From contig OX597825.1 in NCBI GenBank assembly GCA_951406725.2, positions 82,894,001-82,958,000 on the forward strand: DNA of 64,000 nt, in the 5' to 3' direction. Made by a program: the position numbers and the translations under genes. Positions 42,055-56,380 of the stretch are shown piece after piece (the stretch's first letter is position 1; each line of letters begins with the position of its first letter). Source of the stretch: Octopus vulgaris. Taxonomy: Eukaryota. The notes below the pieces were generated by a model, which was not told the DNA's origin, ran no database searches, and saw nothing but the letters and a program-made list of their open reading frames with translations.

Positions 42055-42299
42055 ACACGTCGGTTACTGTTATCCCAGAAGCTAATTAAAACTTGAGAAA
42101 TTATATATTTCGTCTGCAACATGCTAATTATCGTATTGCTTTAAATTGCAATGAGACTGAAATAATGAATATTTGAAAACATTTTTGTTATTTTTTTTAG
42201 TTACAAACTAATTTTACATCACTGTTAACATAGTCAGTTTTTTCTACGCAAAAATCTACTGAGAATCTTACACATAGACACACATACACAAGAACGTGC

Positions 42300-42329
<30 letters not shown>

Positions 42330-42330
<1 letters not shown>

Positions 42331-42663
42331 AATAATAAAGGGTGAAATTAATAAATTTGGAATTAATTTCACCAAGTAGAGTTCGGCATGTAAAAGCCCC
42401 ATTCAAGGAAGGTTTAAGTAATACTAAGTAATTAAGGGTTTAGCAACGATTTGCCTCACCACACACCGAATTTAGAAATAGCAGTCAAAGAGTTTTGGCT
42501 ATTCTTTCTACTTAAAAGGGAGATCCCAGTAAAACCACAGCACTTAAAAAGCACTGGGATCTTCCTTTTAAGTAGAAAGAATAGCCCAAACTCTTTGACT
42601 GCTATTTCTAAATTCGGTGTGTTGTGTGGTGAGGCAAATCGTTGCTAAACCCTTAATTACTTA

Positions 42664-42667
<4 letters not shown>
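42330..42667. mobile_element. (TA)n-flanked fold-back element, family X
   Basis: Inverted arms 42421-42530/42553-42667; homologous to 5635-6024. Confidence 0.75.
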
Positions 42668-42712
<45 letters not shown>

Positions 42713-43041
42713 GAGAGAAAGAGAAACGGGAAGGGTGAGTGAGATACAGAATACATAGATTCATGAATAGATATAAATACTTTTCAGAATGTACGAAAAG
42801 AATGCATTTCTTTGGTGGAGAATTTAGGAAGTACGCTTAATTATCTGACATCCATTTACAGGTGTACGTTGCTATGGCAGGCTTATGATGATAACAGAGC
42901 CATGGGTTTGGACAGAACTATTACAGAACCTCTTTCTACGTCCGTTTATTCCATTACTTCCGAAAATTTTCGTTGAATCCCCATGTTACGCGCGCGCACA
43001 CATACACACATACACATATCTTTCTCGCTGTCTATGCATCT

Positions 43042-43580
43042 ATGTATGTATGTATATATATATATATATATTTCTATATATATACACATACATATATATA
43101 CATACATATATAGAGAATATAAATGATATGTATATATATATATATAATATGTATATATATACGTATATATACATACGTTTACGAGTCCAGGATGTCATAA
43201 AAAAGACGTGGAGAAAATGAGAAACGATACAGGCAACATCAAGAACAATCCCTTCATCAGATGTCCCCTCTTTTATCTACTCCGCGTTTCGAAGGTATGT
43301 ATGTATGTGTATGTATATGTATGTATGTATATATATATATATATATTTCTATATATATACACATACATATATATACATACATATATAGAGAATATAAATG
43401 ATATGTATATATATATATATATAATATGTATATATATACGTATATATACATACGTTTACGAGTCCAGGATGTCATAAAAAAGACGTGAAGAAAATGAGAA
43501 ACGATACAGGCAACATCAAGAACAATCCCTTCATCAGATGTCGCCTCTTTTATCTACTCCGCGTTTCGAAGGTATGTATG
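43042..43580. repeat. Tandem duplication, ~277-bp unit
   Basis: ACGAGTCCAGG at 43181 and 43458; two visible substitutions. Confidence 0.92.
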
Positions 43581-43590
43581 TATGTGCATG

Positions 43591-43622
<32 letters not shown>

Positions 43623-43990
43623 TTGTATGTATGTATGTAGGTATGTATGTATGTATGTATGTTTGTATGTATGTATGTCTATACTGAACCTGAAAAGAAA
43701 CATCGCACTGTAAAAGATTATTTGTTTCACACACGATACTGAGATTTTGTGGATGTTATCATATTTCTAGGTAATTTGGCACCAGGAATGTGTCACTGAC
43801 CCGCAACGTCGTTCTCTTTTGAAAGCACAAGGATTACATGTGTTGTTCGAACTCTCTCACTTTTCTTGAACATGGTACGTGTGTGTTTATATGTTTGGGT
43901 GTGTGCGTGTGTTTGTATGTGTGAATATGTCTGCACACATACCTCTACAGACATACATGCATACATACATACACACACACACATATATAT

Positions 43991-44053
<63 letters not shown>

Positions 44054-44079
44054 ATGGAGCCTTTCAAATATATCTTATC

Positions 44080-44479
44080 TTTCACTTATTTCAGTCATTG
44101 GGTGTAGCCATGCTGGAGCACAACCTTCAAGGGTTTTAGCTGAACTAAAACCGCCAGGATTTATGTTTTTTTAAAGCCTAGTACTTACTCTAACGGACTC
44201 CATGCAGGACAGGTAAGTTACAGAGACGTAAACACACCAGCACCGGATGTCATGTGGTGATGGGAACAGAGACACAAGTAGAAAGACACACACACACATT
44301 CACACAAATATATATTTGTTACGGGCTTCATCCAGTTTCCGTCTTCCAAACCCACTAACAAGGCATTGGTCGGCCCGAGGCTACATTAGAAAACAGTTGC
44401 TGAAGTTGCCACGCAGTGGGACTGAACCCGAAATTACGTGGTTGAGAAGCAAGTTTCTTACCGCACAGCCACGCCTGCT
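44080..44479 (-). mobile_element. Older tRNA-SINE family B copy
   Basis: GCCATGCTGGAGCAC and GCCACGCAGTGGGACTGAACCC motifs. Confidence 0.75.
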
Positions 44480-45806
44480 CCTAGATATATGAACAGAATA
44501 ATTATATTCTTTATAATTTAGCTCCAAGGCCAAACATTTTGAAGGAAGGTATGAAAGTTGATTACTTCGTCCCCAGTGCTTGACCGTACTTTATTTTATC
44601 GCTTAGGGGATGTTTAAAGGCATGCTTTGTCATGGTGGGATTCGCACCCAGGACATAATTTTGGAAGAAATTCCTCTTAGCATTTTGTTCGACGCAGTAG
44701 AGATTCTGCTAGGTCACCGAATTTGGACGAAATAGAATGATAAAAGTAATTAAATGTCTCAGATAATTAATCCTCACATTAGAACGAAGTAGTCAAACAT
44801 TTTATAAAATATAACAGTTTTATATTTGCTAATAGAAGATTTAGCTATTTTTCACTGCTAATAAGATTTCATTACCATAAATGAAAAATTGTCCGTATTC
44901 GAAGTAACCCTGCTGTATTAATATTGATTAAATTTAATGAATTTTAATGCATAAAGATTTTTTTTTTTAAATGGAAAATTTGATGAAAATATTTTTGACA
45001 AAGAATGAATACAGTATTGATTCTTGTAAATTATCGAAAAAATTATTTTTGTTATGTATTTTTTTCTTGTCTGCTATTCTAACAATGGTAATTTTTATCT
45101 TGGCACTCGAACTGCTGGTTTGACAACGAATAAATGTTCTGTTCTAGAACTTGCTTTAAAACACATAAAAATGAAATAAAATAAATTTTCACAACTTACC
45201 AGTTAAGATGAGACTTCAGTGGTGATATCATGTAGGTTATTCCAGTCTTTGGAAAACTAGAAGCATATTTGTCATCTAAAAAAAAAAAAGTAGAGAGAGA
45301 GATGAAAGAAACAAAATAAATATTTGTTTTAAGTCTTTCAGAATAATACACCATTTTAAGTAAAATATCGAAGAAGACAGAATACGTATTAATTGAAACA
45401 TTCTGGCAGGCAGCCACCATGGAAAATTCAAGTGAGTTTCTATTATTTTCAAAATCTTTCTGAGACTGGTTTGGAGATAATTATGGACACCTATATTTAC
45501 TCTTTTACTGAGTACTGACACCAGGAAACATAAGTTGAGCCAATAAAATTACGAACGAAAAAGTTGTATATTTCCAAAGAAAGTAAGAATTCCTGACATA
45601 TTCGATTGCCAATCCCTTTCGATAAGAAAAGTAAATAAGAAGAAAAAAATCCATTTAAACTCACAATGGAAACCTGTAGTGACTTAGAAAAATATAAAAA
45701 CGATAATATAAAATATGGCCGTTTTTATAAACGTGCTTTTATTACTTTAGCAGAATACCTACCGACTGGTTGAACTCAGTATATCTCTACGACTGAATAA
45801 ACAGTC

Positions 45807-45894
<88 letters not shown>

Positions 45895-46194
45895 CATAGA
45901 AGGGGAGTGCTGAGAGGTCTAAATAAACATTGGCTACGATCTCACATATGTATTGTAGTCAGTTGATAATTTTCATTTACTTAGACAGTATATGCTACGA
46001 GAGTTTCAGAAAGAACTTTCGCTAAGAACATTTAGAATAAATGGAACAAATCAAGGAAGTATCTCCATGAAGTTCAAATACGAGAATCTTCTTGAGAAGT
46101 ATGGCAGCTGAAACATTATGGGGAACGGTCTTTATAACCAAGAAAAGAAATAACGTAGATATATTTTTTTTTCTGCACCTTCATAGTCCAGTAT

Positions 46195-46581
46195 GTGGAG
46201 GCGCAATGACCCAGTGGTTAGGGCAGCGGACTCGCGGTCGTAGGATCGCGGTTTCGATTCCCAGACCGGGCGTTGTGAGTGTTTATTGAGCGCAAACACC
46301 TAAAAGCTCCACGATGCTCCGGCAGGGGATGGTGGTGATCCCTGCTGTACTCTTTCACCACAACTTTCTCTCACTCTTACTTCCTGTTTGTGTTGTGCCT
46401 GTATTTCAAAGGGCCGGCCTTGTCACTCTCTGTGTCACGCTGAATATCCCCGAGAACTGCGTTAAGGGTACACGTGTCTGTGGAATGCTCAGCCACTTAC
46501 ACGTTAATTTCACGAGCAGGCTGTTCCGTTGATCGGATCAACCGGAACCCTCGTCGTCGTAACCGACGGAGTGCTTCCATC
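46195..46581 (+). mobile_element. tRNA-SINE family C, full length, with TSD
   Basis: A box TGACCCAGTGG, B box GGTTTCGATTCC; TSD AGTCCWGTAT at 46185-94 and 46582-91. Confidence 0.92.
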
Positions 46582-47047
46582 AGTCCTGTATACTTTACTC
46601 AGTTGGTGAGTTAGAGTCAGTTGTCTGAATATTCGCCGAAAGCATTTTTTTTCCGTGGGTAATTTTCCGTAGGAAATTTCAGCGTAAAGGGGCCACACAA
46701 GCTTACTGTAAACTAGAGAAATCCGTTTAAAGTGTAGTAGTGAAAATGTTACTCCCCTTCCCATGTGACAAAGTGGTATGAAACAGTCACTATAAAATCA
46801 GGCAGTCAGTCCGTTGTATGAGGTGTGTAGTAGTAGAGTCTTCTGAGGAATTCTCAATTTGAGTCAGTGTTAGTTACGTAATATATACGAGTTCGATTTA
46901 CCGCCATGGTAGGCGTTTCAAAGTCATTGTCTTGCTGAGCTATCAGCGATAGCACGATAGACGGGTCAAAGATAATATGACGCGGAATACCGCCACAACA
47001 TAACAGTGGCAGCAAGAATATTACAGTGTCGACGGTAATATACAATT

Positions 47048-47307
47048 GGATGGTGGTGATCCCTGCTGTACTCTTTCACCACAACTTTCTCTCACTCTTA
47101 CTTCCTGTTTCTGTTGTACTTGTATTTCAAAGGGCCGGCCTTGTCACTCTCTGTGTCACGCTGAATATCCCCGAGAACTACGTTAACGGTGCACGTGTCT
47201 GTGGAGTGTTCAGCCACTTACACGTTAATTTCACGAGCAGGCTGTTCCGTTGATTCGGATCAACCGGAACCCTCATCGTCGTAACCGACGGAGTGCTAAG
47301 GAGGAGG
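47048..47307 (+). mobile_element. tRNA-SINE family C, 5'-truncated, with 13-bp TSD
   Basis: TSD ATACAATTGGATG at 47040-52 and 47308-20. Confidence 0.9.
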
Positions 47308-47526
47308 ATACAATTGGATGAGGATCTACATTATAGCATAAAGAAATTAATTTTTCCCTAATTAGTAGATTAGTTGTTAGGTTGCTACTGCATTTTTTGT
47401 TGCAATTTTATTTTTCGGCCATTGTTTTTTTTTTTTCCTTATTTTTTGGTAGTAAAGATGTTCACGGCGAATTTCGGTACAAAGATCCGGGACAACGCAG
47501 CTTTGAGAATCACACATATTTCTCAC

Positions 47527-47619
47527 CGTGTTCTGTTTAAAAGCCATTTGACTAACTGGCGTAAAGTTGTTCATGATTCCAGCTTCTGGCCTGTCGACAT
47601 ACTCGCCTTTTTGGCTGTT
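47527..47619 (-). CDS. Candidate 93-nt phase-0 host exon (NSQKGEYVDRPEAGIMNNFTPVSQMAFKQNT)
   Basis: CTAAT branch-like site, TTTCAG| acceptor, ACG|GTGAGA donor, single open frame, non-repetitive sequence; no recognised homology. Confidence 0.3.
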
Positions 47620-47795
47620 CTGAAACGACCACAATTAGCTTCCTTCCTTCCTTCCTTTAATCTGTTTGTTCTCGTACTCTCTTACCGTCGTAGTCGTGAT
47701 CATCAAAATCACCATCATCATCAAAATCACCATCATCATCATCATCATTACGATTCTTCTCTTTCCTCATCCACTGCCTCCTCCCCCACTTATTA

Positions 47796-47881
<86 letters not shown>

Positions 47882-48026
47882 CTGTTGCTGCTGCTGCTAC
47901 TATTACAGCTACCAGTGCTGCACCTAGTACTGCTGTTGCTACTACTACTACTACTACTACTACTAGTACCACTACCACTGCTGCTGTTATTATTGTTCCT
48001 ACTACCGTTGTGGCTGCTGTTGCTGT

Positions 48027-48058
<32 letters not shown>

Positions 48059-48300
48059 TTATTATTATTACCAATACTAATACTACAGCTACTAAATTTC
48101 GTCCGTCTTCATGTTCTGATTTTATATTTGGCTGAGGATGATTTTTGCCTTTCATTCTCTGGGGTCGATAAAGTCAGTACCAGTTAAACACTGGGGGTCG
48201 ATGCTATAAGCTAGCCTCCTCCCTTCCAAATCCCAAGGGATTATCACTATTAGAACGATCATCATCATCATCACCATCATCATCATCATCGTCATCATCG

Positions 48301-48346
<46 letters not shown>

Positions 48347-48387
48347 CATCATCATCATCATCCTCCTCCTCCTCATCATCATCATCC

Positions 48388-48436
<49 letters not shown>

Positions 48437-48510
48437 CATCATCATCCTCATCATCATAATCCTCCTCCTCATCATCATCATCATCCTCATCATCATCATC
48501 ATCGTCATCG

Positions 48511-48544
<34 letters not shown>

Positions 48545-48771
48545 CATCATCATCATCATCCTTGTCATGATTATGATTGATGCAGCATCCGTTGTTAGTG
48601 TGTTCAGAATGGTGTTTGGGTCTCCATTATAAATTAATCTATAACACAACGTCATTGTAGAAATGTGTTATTGCGCAGGTGGTTTCCATCGAAACATTTT
48701 CGATAACTCATCGTTTGCATTCCACAATACGTCACAATACCACACGCATACATACATACACACACACACAC

Positions 48772-48852
<81 letters not shown>

Positions 48853-50400
48853 CATATATACATACATATACATATATATATTCAGCTATATATTCATCTA
48901 TATATATACACATACATATATGCATACATATATATACATACATATATATATACATATATACATATACATACATATATATATATACACACATATATACATA
49001 TACGTATATACATACATATAGTGTAAGCAGTTACATATTCCGTGGTGTGCTGTAATTTAAAACATATACACTTTCAGATCTAAAACACTCTATGAACGCA
49101 CGAACAATCGCATCACTATACAGCTATCACCATTGTTTTCTAAAAACATTTTACTTAAGGCCGTGGGTGGTTGAGCTTTTATGTATCAAGAAACAGTGTC
49201 AAATCTTTAAACCTCATAATGTAAAAGATTTTCAATTTTATTGATGAATGCAAAGTATCCAGGTGAACATACGAACGACTCAAACCCTGTTGCGTAAATG
49301 TCAGTACAAATTTGTACTTTCAATGTAACCATTGTATACTTAAACAGTCAATAGTTCACCTATATTCTCAGGACTTAATTATTTTGAATTGAAATGAAAC
49401 TAAAAATCAAAGAAGAGCAAAGAAAAATCTACCACGTTTATGACTCTCATATTGTTTCTCTTGACAGTAACCTAGACGTCGAAATGGTTTGTACACGAAA
49501 CAAGTGATGTTGTTAGGTATAAAGAATATATAAATTTTTTCCAAGAATTTGTACCATAGTCGGTACGAAAATCCGATATCGTTAAAGTCACATATTGATA
49601 TCATTAACACATTCAGAAGTCACATGTTTACATTAAGAGATAATAAAAATGGAGTAAAATTTATTCTGCACATGAATTAGTTTCCGTGTGAGTTTGTTCT
49701 GCGCATTAGATGTTACAGGCGATGTAATAAACAATGTACGTTGTTGATATGTTTTCGCCTCGGTTCAGCCGGTGTAATAAACTGACAAATCTAAACGTAT
49801 CTCCAAATTAAGACAGGAAATATTGATTACGTTCTTATTCAAGTAAAAATGCCCCACAGGTAGGGGTACGAATATCGAAACGAAATTGAAGCCAACAAAA
49901 CAAGACAAAGTATTTGTTGATAGTAAATTATGTTTGAAATTGGTATTAGCACGAGCTGTGAAAATAGCAGCTAACATCCCCTCAAATCACATTTTACGAT
50001 GTAAGATTAGAGAAAGTCATAGTGTAATGTATAGATTTTCGCTAAAAAGAATCCAATATAATTGTGACCGGAATGCATCGGACCAAACATCGCCCGCATT
50101 GCGACTGACCTGTTGTCGATAATTAACAACGGAAACGGCCATTACCACGTTAACTGCTAGAAATAATCGCTAGATATCTATAAAAATAGACCATGTGTGG
50201 TTTTGAAAATGGAAGGACATGTTGAATAACAGTTTTGAATAACAATATGCAGGAAATAAAAAAAGAAAAGAAAAGTGATGGAACTGTTATGATTGATGTG
50301 CTTCTGAAGAACAGCAGCTACAAAAGGTCGCAGTTCGTCCAGATTAACATTATTTAATATTTGTTCATTTCTGTTAGACAAAAGTGTTTTCTTATGACAA

Positions 50401-50799
50401 TCTCTATATGTATAAAGCTGAAGTTGTCTGTGTGGTGTGGCAGGTTTGGTAGCCTTCAACTAACACTATCTCCTCCGAGACCCTGCGATGCAAGTTGACC
50501 AAAATTGAGAGTATGATAGAAGAAGGTTTGCTCTCCCTTTCGTAGAAGAAAAAAATTCAAATCGGACCATGTTAACGCCAAAAATTATTTACATCCAAAC
50601 GATGCTTTTTTTTTTCTATGAAAATTCCTATTTTTTACGACATTTTTGCTACTGTGCCACCATTTTTCGGTGTATTTCAACCAGAAAAATATTCACTTAA
50701 AGAGAATAACAAGCTACATAATGCACAATTTTTACTTTTCAAAAATCCCAATTCTAAAGGGTCGAAACAAACCCAAGCAACGCCGGGCCATACTGTTAG
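50401..50799 (+). mobile_element. Full-length non-autonomous Helitron-like element
   Basis: A|TC 5' end, 3' hairpin CCCAAGCAACGCCGGG, TTAG|T end, no TSD. Confidence 0.8.
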
Positions 50800-51150
50800 T
50801 ATTTATATAAATTGAGAAATGGATATCAAGTATATCTCTCAGTAGTTGACATGAACTAACTTTATCTTCAAACTGATCTTTGGTAAACGTGCTTATCTTC
50901 TGTTTCCCTCTCTCTATCTAGCTATCTATCTATCCATATATGGATTGCAACCAAGTTGATCTATACGTGACATTGTGCTGAGCTGATTCTGTGCAACAAT
51001 TGCAATATAATATTACACATATCTCTGGTATATTCAACCGCTTACACGAGCAGAAATTCAGTCTAGTATCTGGATGCTCCTCTTCGACAAACACGGGTGG
51101 TGCACCATATCTTAGAAAGAGGAAGATTACACCAAATAATATATTTTAAA

Positions 51151-51544
51151 CTAGCAGTATCACCCGGTGTTACTCGGGTTTGTTTCGACCCTTTAGAATT
51201 GGAATTTTTGAAAAGTAAAAACTTAGCATTATGTAGCTTGTTATTCTCTTTAACTGAACATTTTTCTGGTTGAAATACAACGAAAAATGGCAACACAGCA
51301 CGTCGGAAAATCGTAAAAAAATAGGGATTTTCATAGAAGAAAAGCGCCTTTTTGATGGAAATAATTTTTGGTGTTAACAAGGTCCGATTTGAATTTTATC
51401 TTCTACGGAAGGAAGAGCCCGCCTTCTTCTATCGTACTCTCAATTTTGGTGAAATTGCGCCACAGGGTCTCGGAGGATATAGTGTTAGTAGAAGGCTACC
51501 AAACCTGCCACACACAGACAACTTTAGCTTTATATAGAGAGAGA
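51151..51544 (-). mobile_element. Full-length non-autonomous Helitron-like element
   Basis: Minus strand A|TC...CCCGAGTAACACCGGG...CTAG|T; inserted in an AT dinucleotide. Confidence 0.85.
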
Positions 51545-52269
51545 TTACCTAGAAAAACAAATATCGGATGCTCATGGATTGAATAATTTGGACAATAAAT
51601 ATACGGAGGAATAACAAAAACAACATCGAAGTAGCAACAACAGCAATAACAGCAGAAACAACATCGCAATCATGGATTACGGTATAATGTTTTGACTTTA
51701 AATTCATGGGTAGATATCGTGTTGATCTACAAACTGCTTGCTCATCGTCGACAACGTTGAAGGATAAAGCATTGTCTTAGAAAAAAGAAGATAATACGGA
51801 GTGATATATTCATGGATGGACTTCAAAAACAAAAGAAACACGGGATACTCGAGGACAGAATGACCATAAATCTACTCGATCAATGATGGCCGGTGGTTAA
51901 ACAATAATAATAAGAATAACAAAGGCAACGAAATAACAAAAACATGAACGAGAGCAATGACAGAAGCGATGACACCACAAACAACGAGGACAGCATAATG
52001 TTGAGATATCCTTTTCGATTTGCACAGAAACGAGTATAAAATGTCAAGTTAAAAGACGGGGATAAATTTCAGAAAAAAAGTGAGGTTTCCAGTGAAATGC
52101 GAATTTGCAGATTATATAATCAAATTAATCACATCTCTCTCTTTTTCTCATTTTCTCTCTCTTTCTTTCTTTCTTTCTTTCTCTCAATGTAACTTTCTCA
52201 CCTTCTCTTTCTCTCACTGTTTGCCTGTCTCTCGGCCTGCCTATCTATCTATTTATCTATTTATCTATC

Positions 52270-52300
<31 letters not shown>

Positions 52301-52323
52301 TTATCTATCTATCTATTTATTTT

Positions 52324-52388
<65 letters not shown>

Positions 52389-52405
52389 ATATATATATAT
52401 ATATA

Positions 52406-52440
<35 letters not shown>

Positions 52441-52456
52441 CTGTCTCTCTATCTAT

Positions 52457-52497
<41 letters not shown>

Positions 52498-52507
52498 ATT
52501 CTATCAT

Positions 52508-52552
<45 letters not shown>

Positions 52553-53478
52553 ATATATATATATATATATCTGTCTGTTTGTCTGTCTGTCTATCTATCT
52601 ATCTGTCTGTCTGTCTGTATGTATATCTTATAAGTATATATATTATAATATATATATTATATATTTATACAATATATGTATATATCATATGTATATATTT
52701 ATGTTTCTATTTGTCAGTCTATCTATCTCTCTATTTATCTATCTATGTTTCAATCCCTCTATCTACATTTCTCCATGCGCTTCTCTTTTAACTCAGAGAT
52801 TGCAAAAAGAAAGCATAAGCGATTCAAACGCATATACTTCTCCCCATGTAATCTTCCGCACTTCTAAAACATTCTGACATCTAAGCATGTAAGCTCTGAC
52901 GTATAAACTCTGCGGAGTTTTACTTTCTATTATAATTGAAATTATACTTCTCTTTATATATATTTTCCCTAATGTTTTTAACATTCTTCATTGAAGTTTC
53001 TTTTAAAATATCTATATATAAACCATGATTTTCAGTCAGATGCCTGGTTGTCAATTGTGAAAATATTGGGATCAAATTTATGAACATTACAAATACTACG
53101 AAATTCCGAGCTCCCAGAAACAGGTGTCGTGTTAAAATATCATCCGTTCTCCAATCAGTTTTCTATATATATATATATATTTATATATAACTTAAATCAA
53201 TAAGTATCACCTAGTACAGTTAGAGAGAGAATATAATCATAGTTTCTGGGAGCTCGGAACTTCGTAATATATTTATATATATATATACATACATATGTAT
53301 ATTTGGGTTCAGGACGTCACCAACAATGAACAACATGAAATACGAAAAACATATGTGTTTAATAAATAAGCAACGAGAGAAACAAATGGAAAACAGAACA
53401 AGAAACACGAAGAACGACTCCTCATCAGTTGTCGGCTGTCTATCTACTCCTCATGTCGAGCATTGGATGGCAATACGA

Positions 53479-55298
53479 GTCTTTCAAAATAATTGCTCTC
53501 ATATATACCAAAATAAAATTTTGGAATTATGGAAGGGCAAATTTGGGAACAAAAACAGGACAGTGGAGACATACAACGAAACCGAACGAAAAGAAACATG
53601 GAGGATCGCTAGAGCAGAACGATGATAAAATAACGAACGCTGGAGAAATGTTTCCTTCGAAAAGAGAAAAGACAGAAGAGAGAGAGGGAGAGAGAGAGAC
53701 AGACAGACAGAGCAAATCTGCAGCAGGAGCATTTGATAACTGTAAACAAATAATGCGTTCGGCCATAGCTGAATCCCATAAACCGTCTTCGAAGGGACAG
53801 TCGATCCTATATGTATGTGTGTAGCCCTATACTATATATCTATTTATATATGTGTGTATGTGTACGTGTCTACGTATGTATGTACTTATATATAAGCATA
53901 TACATGACGGGCTGTCACACAGTTTCCTGTTACCGAATTCCCTAAAAGGGCATTGGGGCCGGCTGATCCCCAATTTCACTCAATTTGCAATGATAGCTCC
54001 TTAACAACACAGTCAAGCCCGCGCCTATAAATTATATATTTTGTTTATTCATTTCCTTTTTGTATCCGTTAATAGCTTTCAGGAAATTATATTTCCTCTC
54101 TTATAATTTATGCGTAAACAATATCCTTAGAGCGAATCTTTCATAAATTCACTGCGCGCAGAAGCGTCGTTGCATTATGAAGTTTCAGTTTTCAGTTTGG
54201 AATATCTGGTAATCACTTTTTCAGGGATGTTTCGTATTTAATCGGTAAAATAGCATAAAAAATGGTGGACGCGTGGTTGTTTGTTGAAGAAACTCACTTT
54301 GCCACCAGATGGCTTTGGTTTTAGTCCTATTGTGTACCATCCTAGGCATGTGTATTAAACTATAGCCATGAGCCGAATTTTATTTTTTGTCGAATAAATT
54401 GACCGGAGTACTGATTTTTTAAAAGCCTAGTACCCAAAAGATCCCTTTTGTTAAATTGCTAAGTTACAGTTAAGCAAGCACACCGATACCAGTTGTCAAA
54501 CGATGGAAGCATGGAAAGAAACATAGACTTAAAGTCACACACACGCACACTCACGCACACATGTGTATATATGTTTGTGTGTGTGTGTGTGTGTATACGA
54601 AGGGCTTTTTCAATTACTGTGTACCAAAACTACTGACAAGTCTTCCCGTCCACATGATTCCGGGTTCAGTCCCACTGCATGGAACCTTCGGCAAGTGTCT
54701 TCTACTATAGGCTCGGGACGACCAAAGCCGTGTGAGTGGATTTGGTTGATGGAAACTGAAAGAAGCCCGTCGTATATATATATGATTTTGATTTTGATTT
54801 TTCCAGTTTCAGCTAATGAGCTGTGGCCCTGCTGGGGCACCGCCGTATATATATATAAATGTGTGTGTGTGTGTGTGCCTTGTGAGTGGATTTGGCAGGT
54901 GGAAACTGAAAGAAGCTCGTCGTATATATATATATATGTGTGTGTATGTGTCTGTGTTTGGCCCACAACCATCGTTTGACAACGGATGACGGTGTGTTTA
55001 TGTCTCCGTAACTTAGCGTTTCGGCAAAAGAGACCGCTGGAATAAGTACTAGGTTTAGAAAGAATAAGTCCTGGGTTCAGTTTGCTCGACTAAAGGCGGT
55101 GCTCCAACATGGCCGCAGTCAAATGACTGAAACAAATAAAGGAATAAACGAATAAAAGAATATCTTATGAAAAGCATTGAAATCGCAGAATGGCTTAGTG
55201 AAGGTGATAAAACTCTTCTCAACGTCTGTTCCGTTCGTTTGTACTCAGAGTTTCAAAGCCTCCATATATGTTTCCTTCTTTTCCATAGGGTTCGGATC
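53479..55298 (+). repeat. Direct segmental duplication, copy 1
   Basis: Near-identical to 61949-64000; contains a SINE B at 54648-55160. Confidence 0.95.
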
Positions 55299-55675
55299 AA
55301 TGAAGTACTCCTCTCCCTCTCTCCCTGTTTCTCTCTCTCTCTCTCTCTCTTTGCTTTCCCTTCTCTCTGTCTCCTGATCTCTATCTCTCTGTCTTCTACT
55401 TGTCTGTCTCTTTGTCTTCCTTTCTCTCTCTCTCTCTCATCCCTCTCTCTCTCTCTCTCTTTCTGCCTATATCCTCTTCTCTCTCTTTCTCTCTTTCTGT
55501 TATTCTGCTTCATTGTGCTATGACACGTGTAGGGAATCATTCACATCATCCCCAGTCCGAATATGGAAGAGAATCGTTCGAGGGATAAGAACTGAATCTT
55601 ATCTCAGGGCAAAATCTACTGCCAAGCTACCTGGACTAATCTGTTAAGTAGTGCAGATTTCTGCGTAATTTACTC

Positions 55676-56077
55676 TCTCTTTTATTCTTTTACTTGTTTC
55701 AGACATTTGACTGTGGCCATGCTGGAGCACCGCCTTTAGTCGAGCAAATCGACCCCGGGACTTATTCTTTGTAAGCCCAGTACTTATCCTATCGGTCTCC
55801 TTTGCCGAACCGATAAGTGACGGGGACGTAAACACACCAACATCGGTTGTCAAGCAATGCTAGAGGGACAAACACAGACACTCAAATACACACATATATA
55901 TATATATATATACATATATACGACAAGCTTCTTTCAGCTTTCGTCTACCAAATCCACTCACAAGGCATTGGTCGGCCCGGGGCTATAGCAGAAGACACTT
56001 GCCCAAGGTGCCATGCAGTGGGACTGAACCCGGAACCATGTGGTTGGTTAGTAAGCTACTTACCACACAGCTACTCC
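55676..56077 (-). mobile_element. tRNA-SINE family B, full length
   Basis: Near-identical to 24576-24970. Confidence 0.9.
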
Positions 56078-56219
56078 TTCATTTGCGAACAAAAATTCCT
56101 TCGTTCTTTTGCATTATTACCTCTTCCTGGTAAAAAAAATAGTAGTTCCAGCCTTTTAATGGAAATGCTTATCCGAATTGATAAAGAGCAATTTGAATTT
56201 AGGATACTTATATTATTTT

Positions 56220-56380
56220 CTGCTCTAGGCACAAGGCCCGACATTTTTGGAGAGGAGGCCAGTCAATTAGATCGACCCCAGTACGCAACTGGTACTTAAT
56301 TTATGGGCCCAGAAGGCAAAGTCGACCTCGGTGGCATTTGAACGTAGAACGTAAAGACAGACGAAATACCGCTAGGCATT
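56220..56380 (-). mobile_element. tRNA-SINE family A
   Basis: TCGACCCCAGTACGCAACTGGTACTTAATTTAT core. Confidence 0.75.

Noticed and set aside
46195-46270. tRNA gene
   Set aside because: tRNA-derived SINE head with body, tail and TSD; no proper cloverleaf
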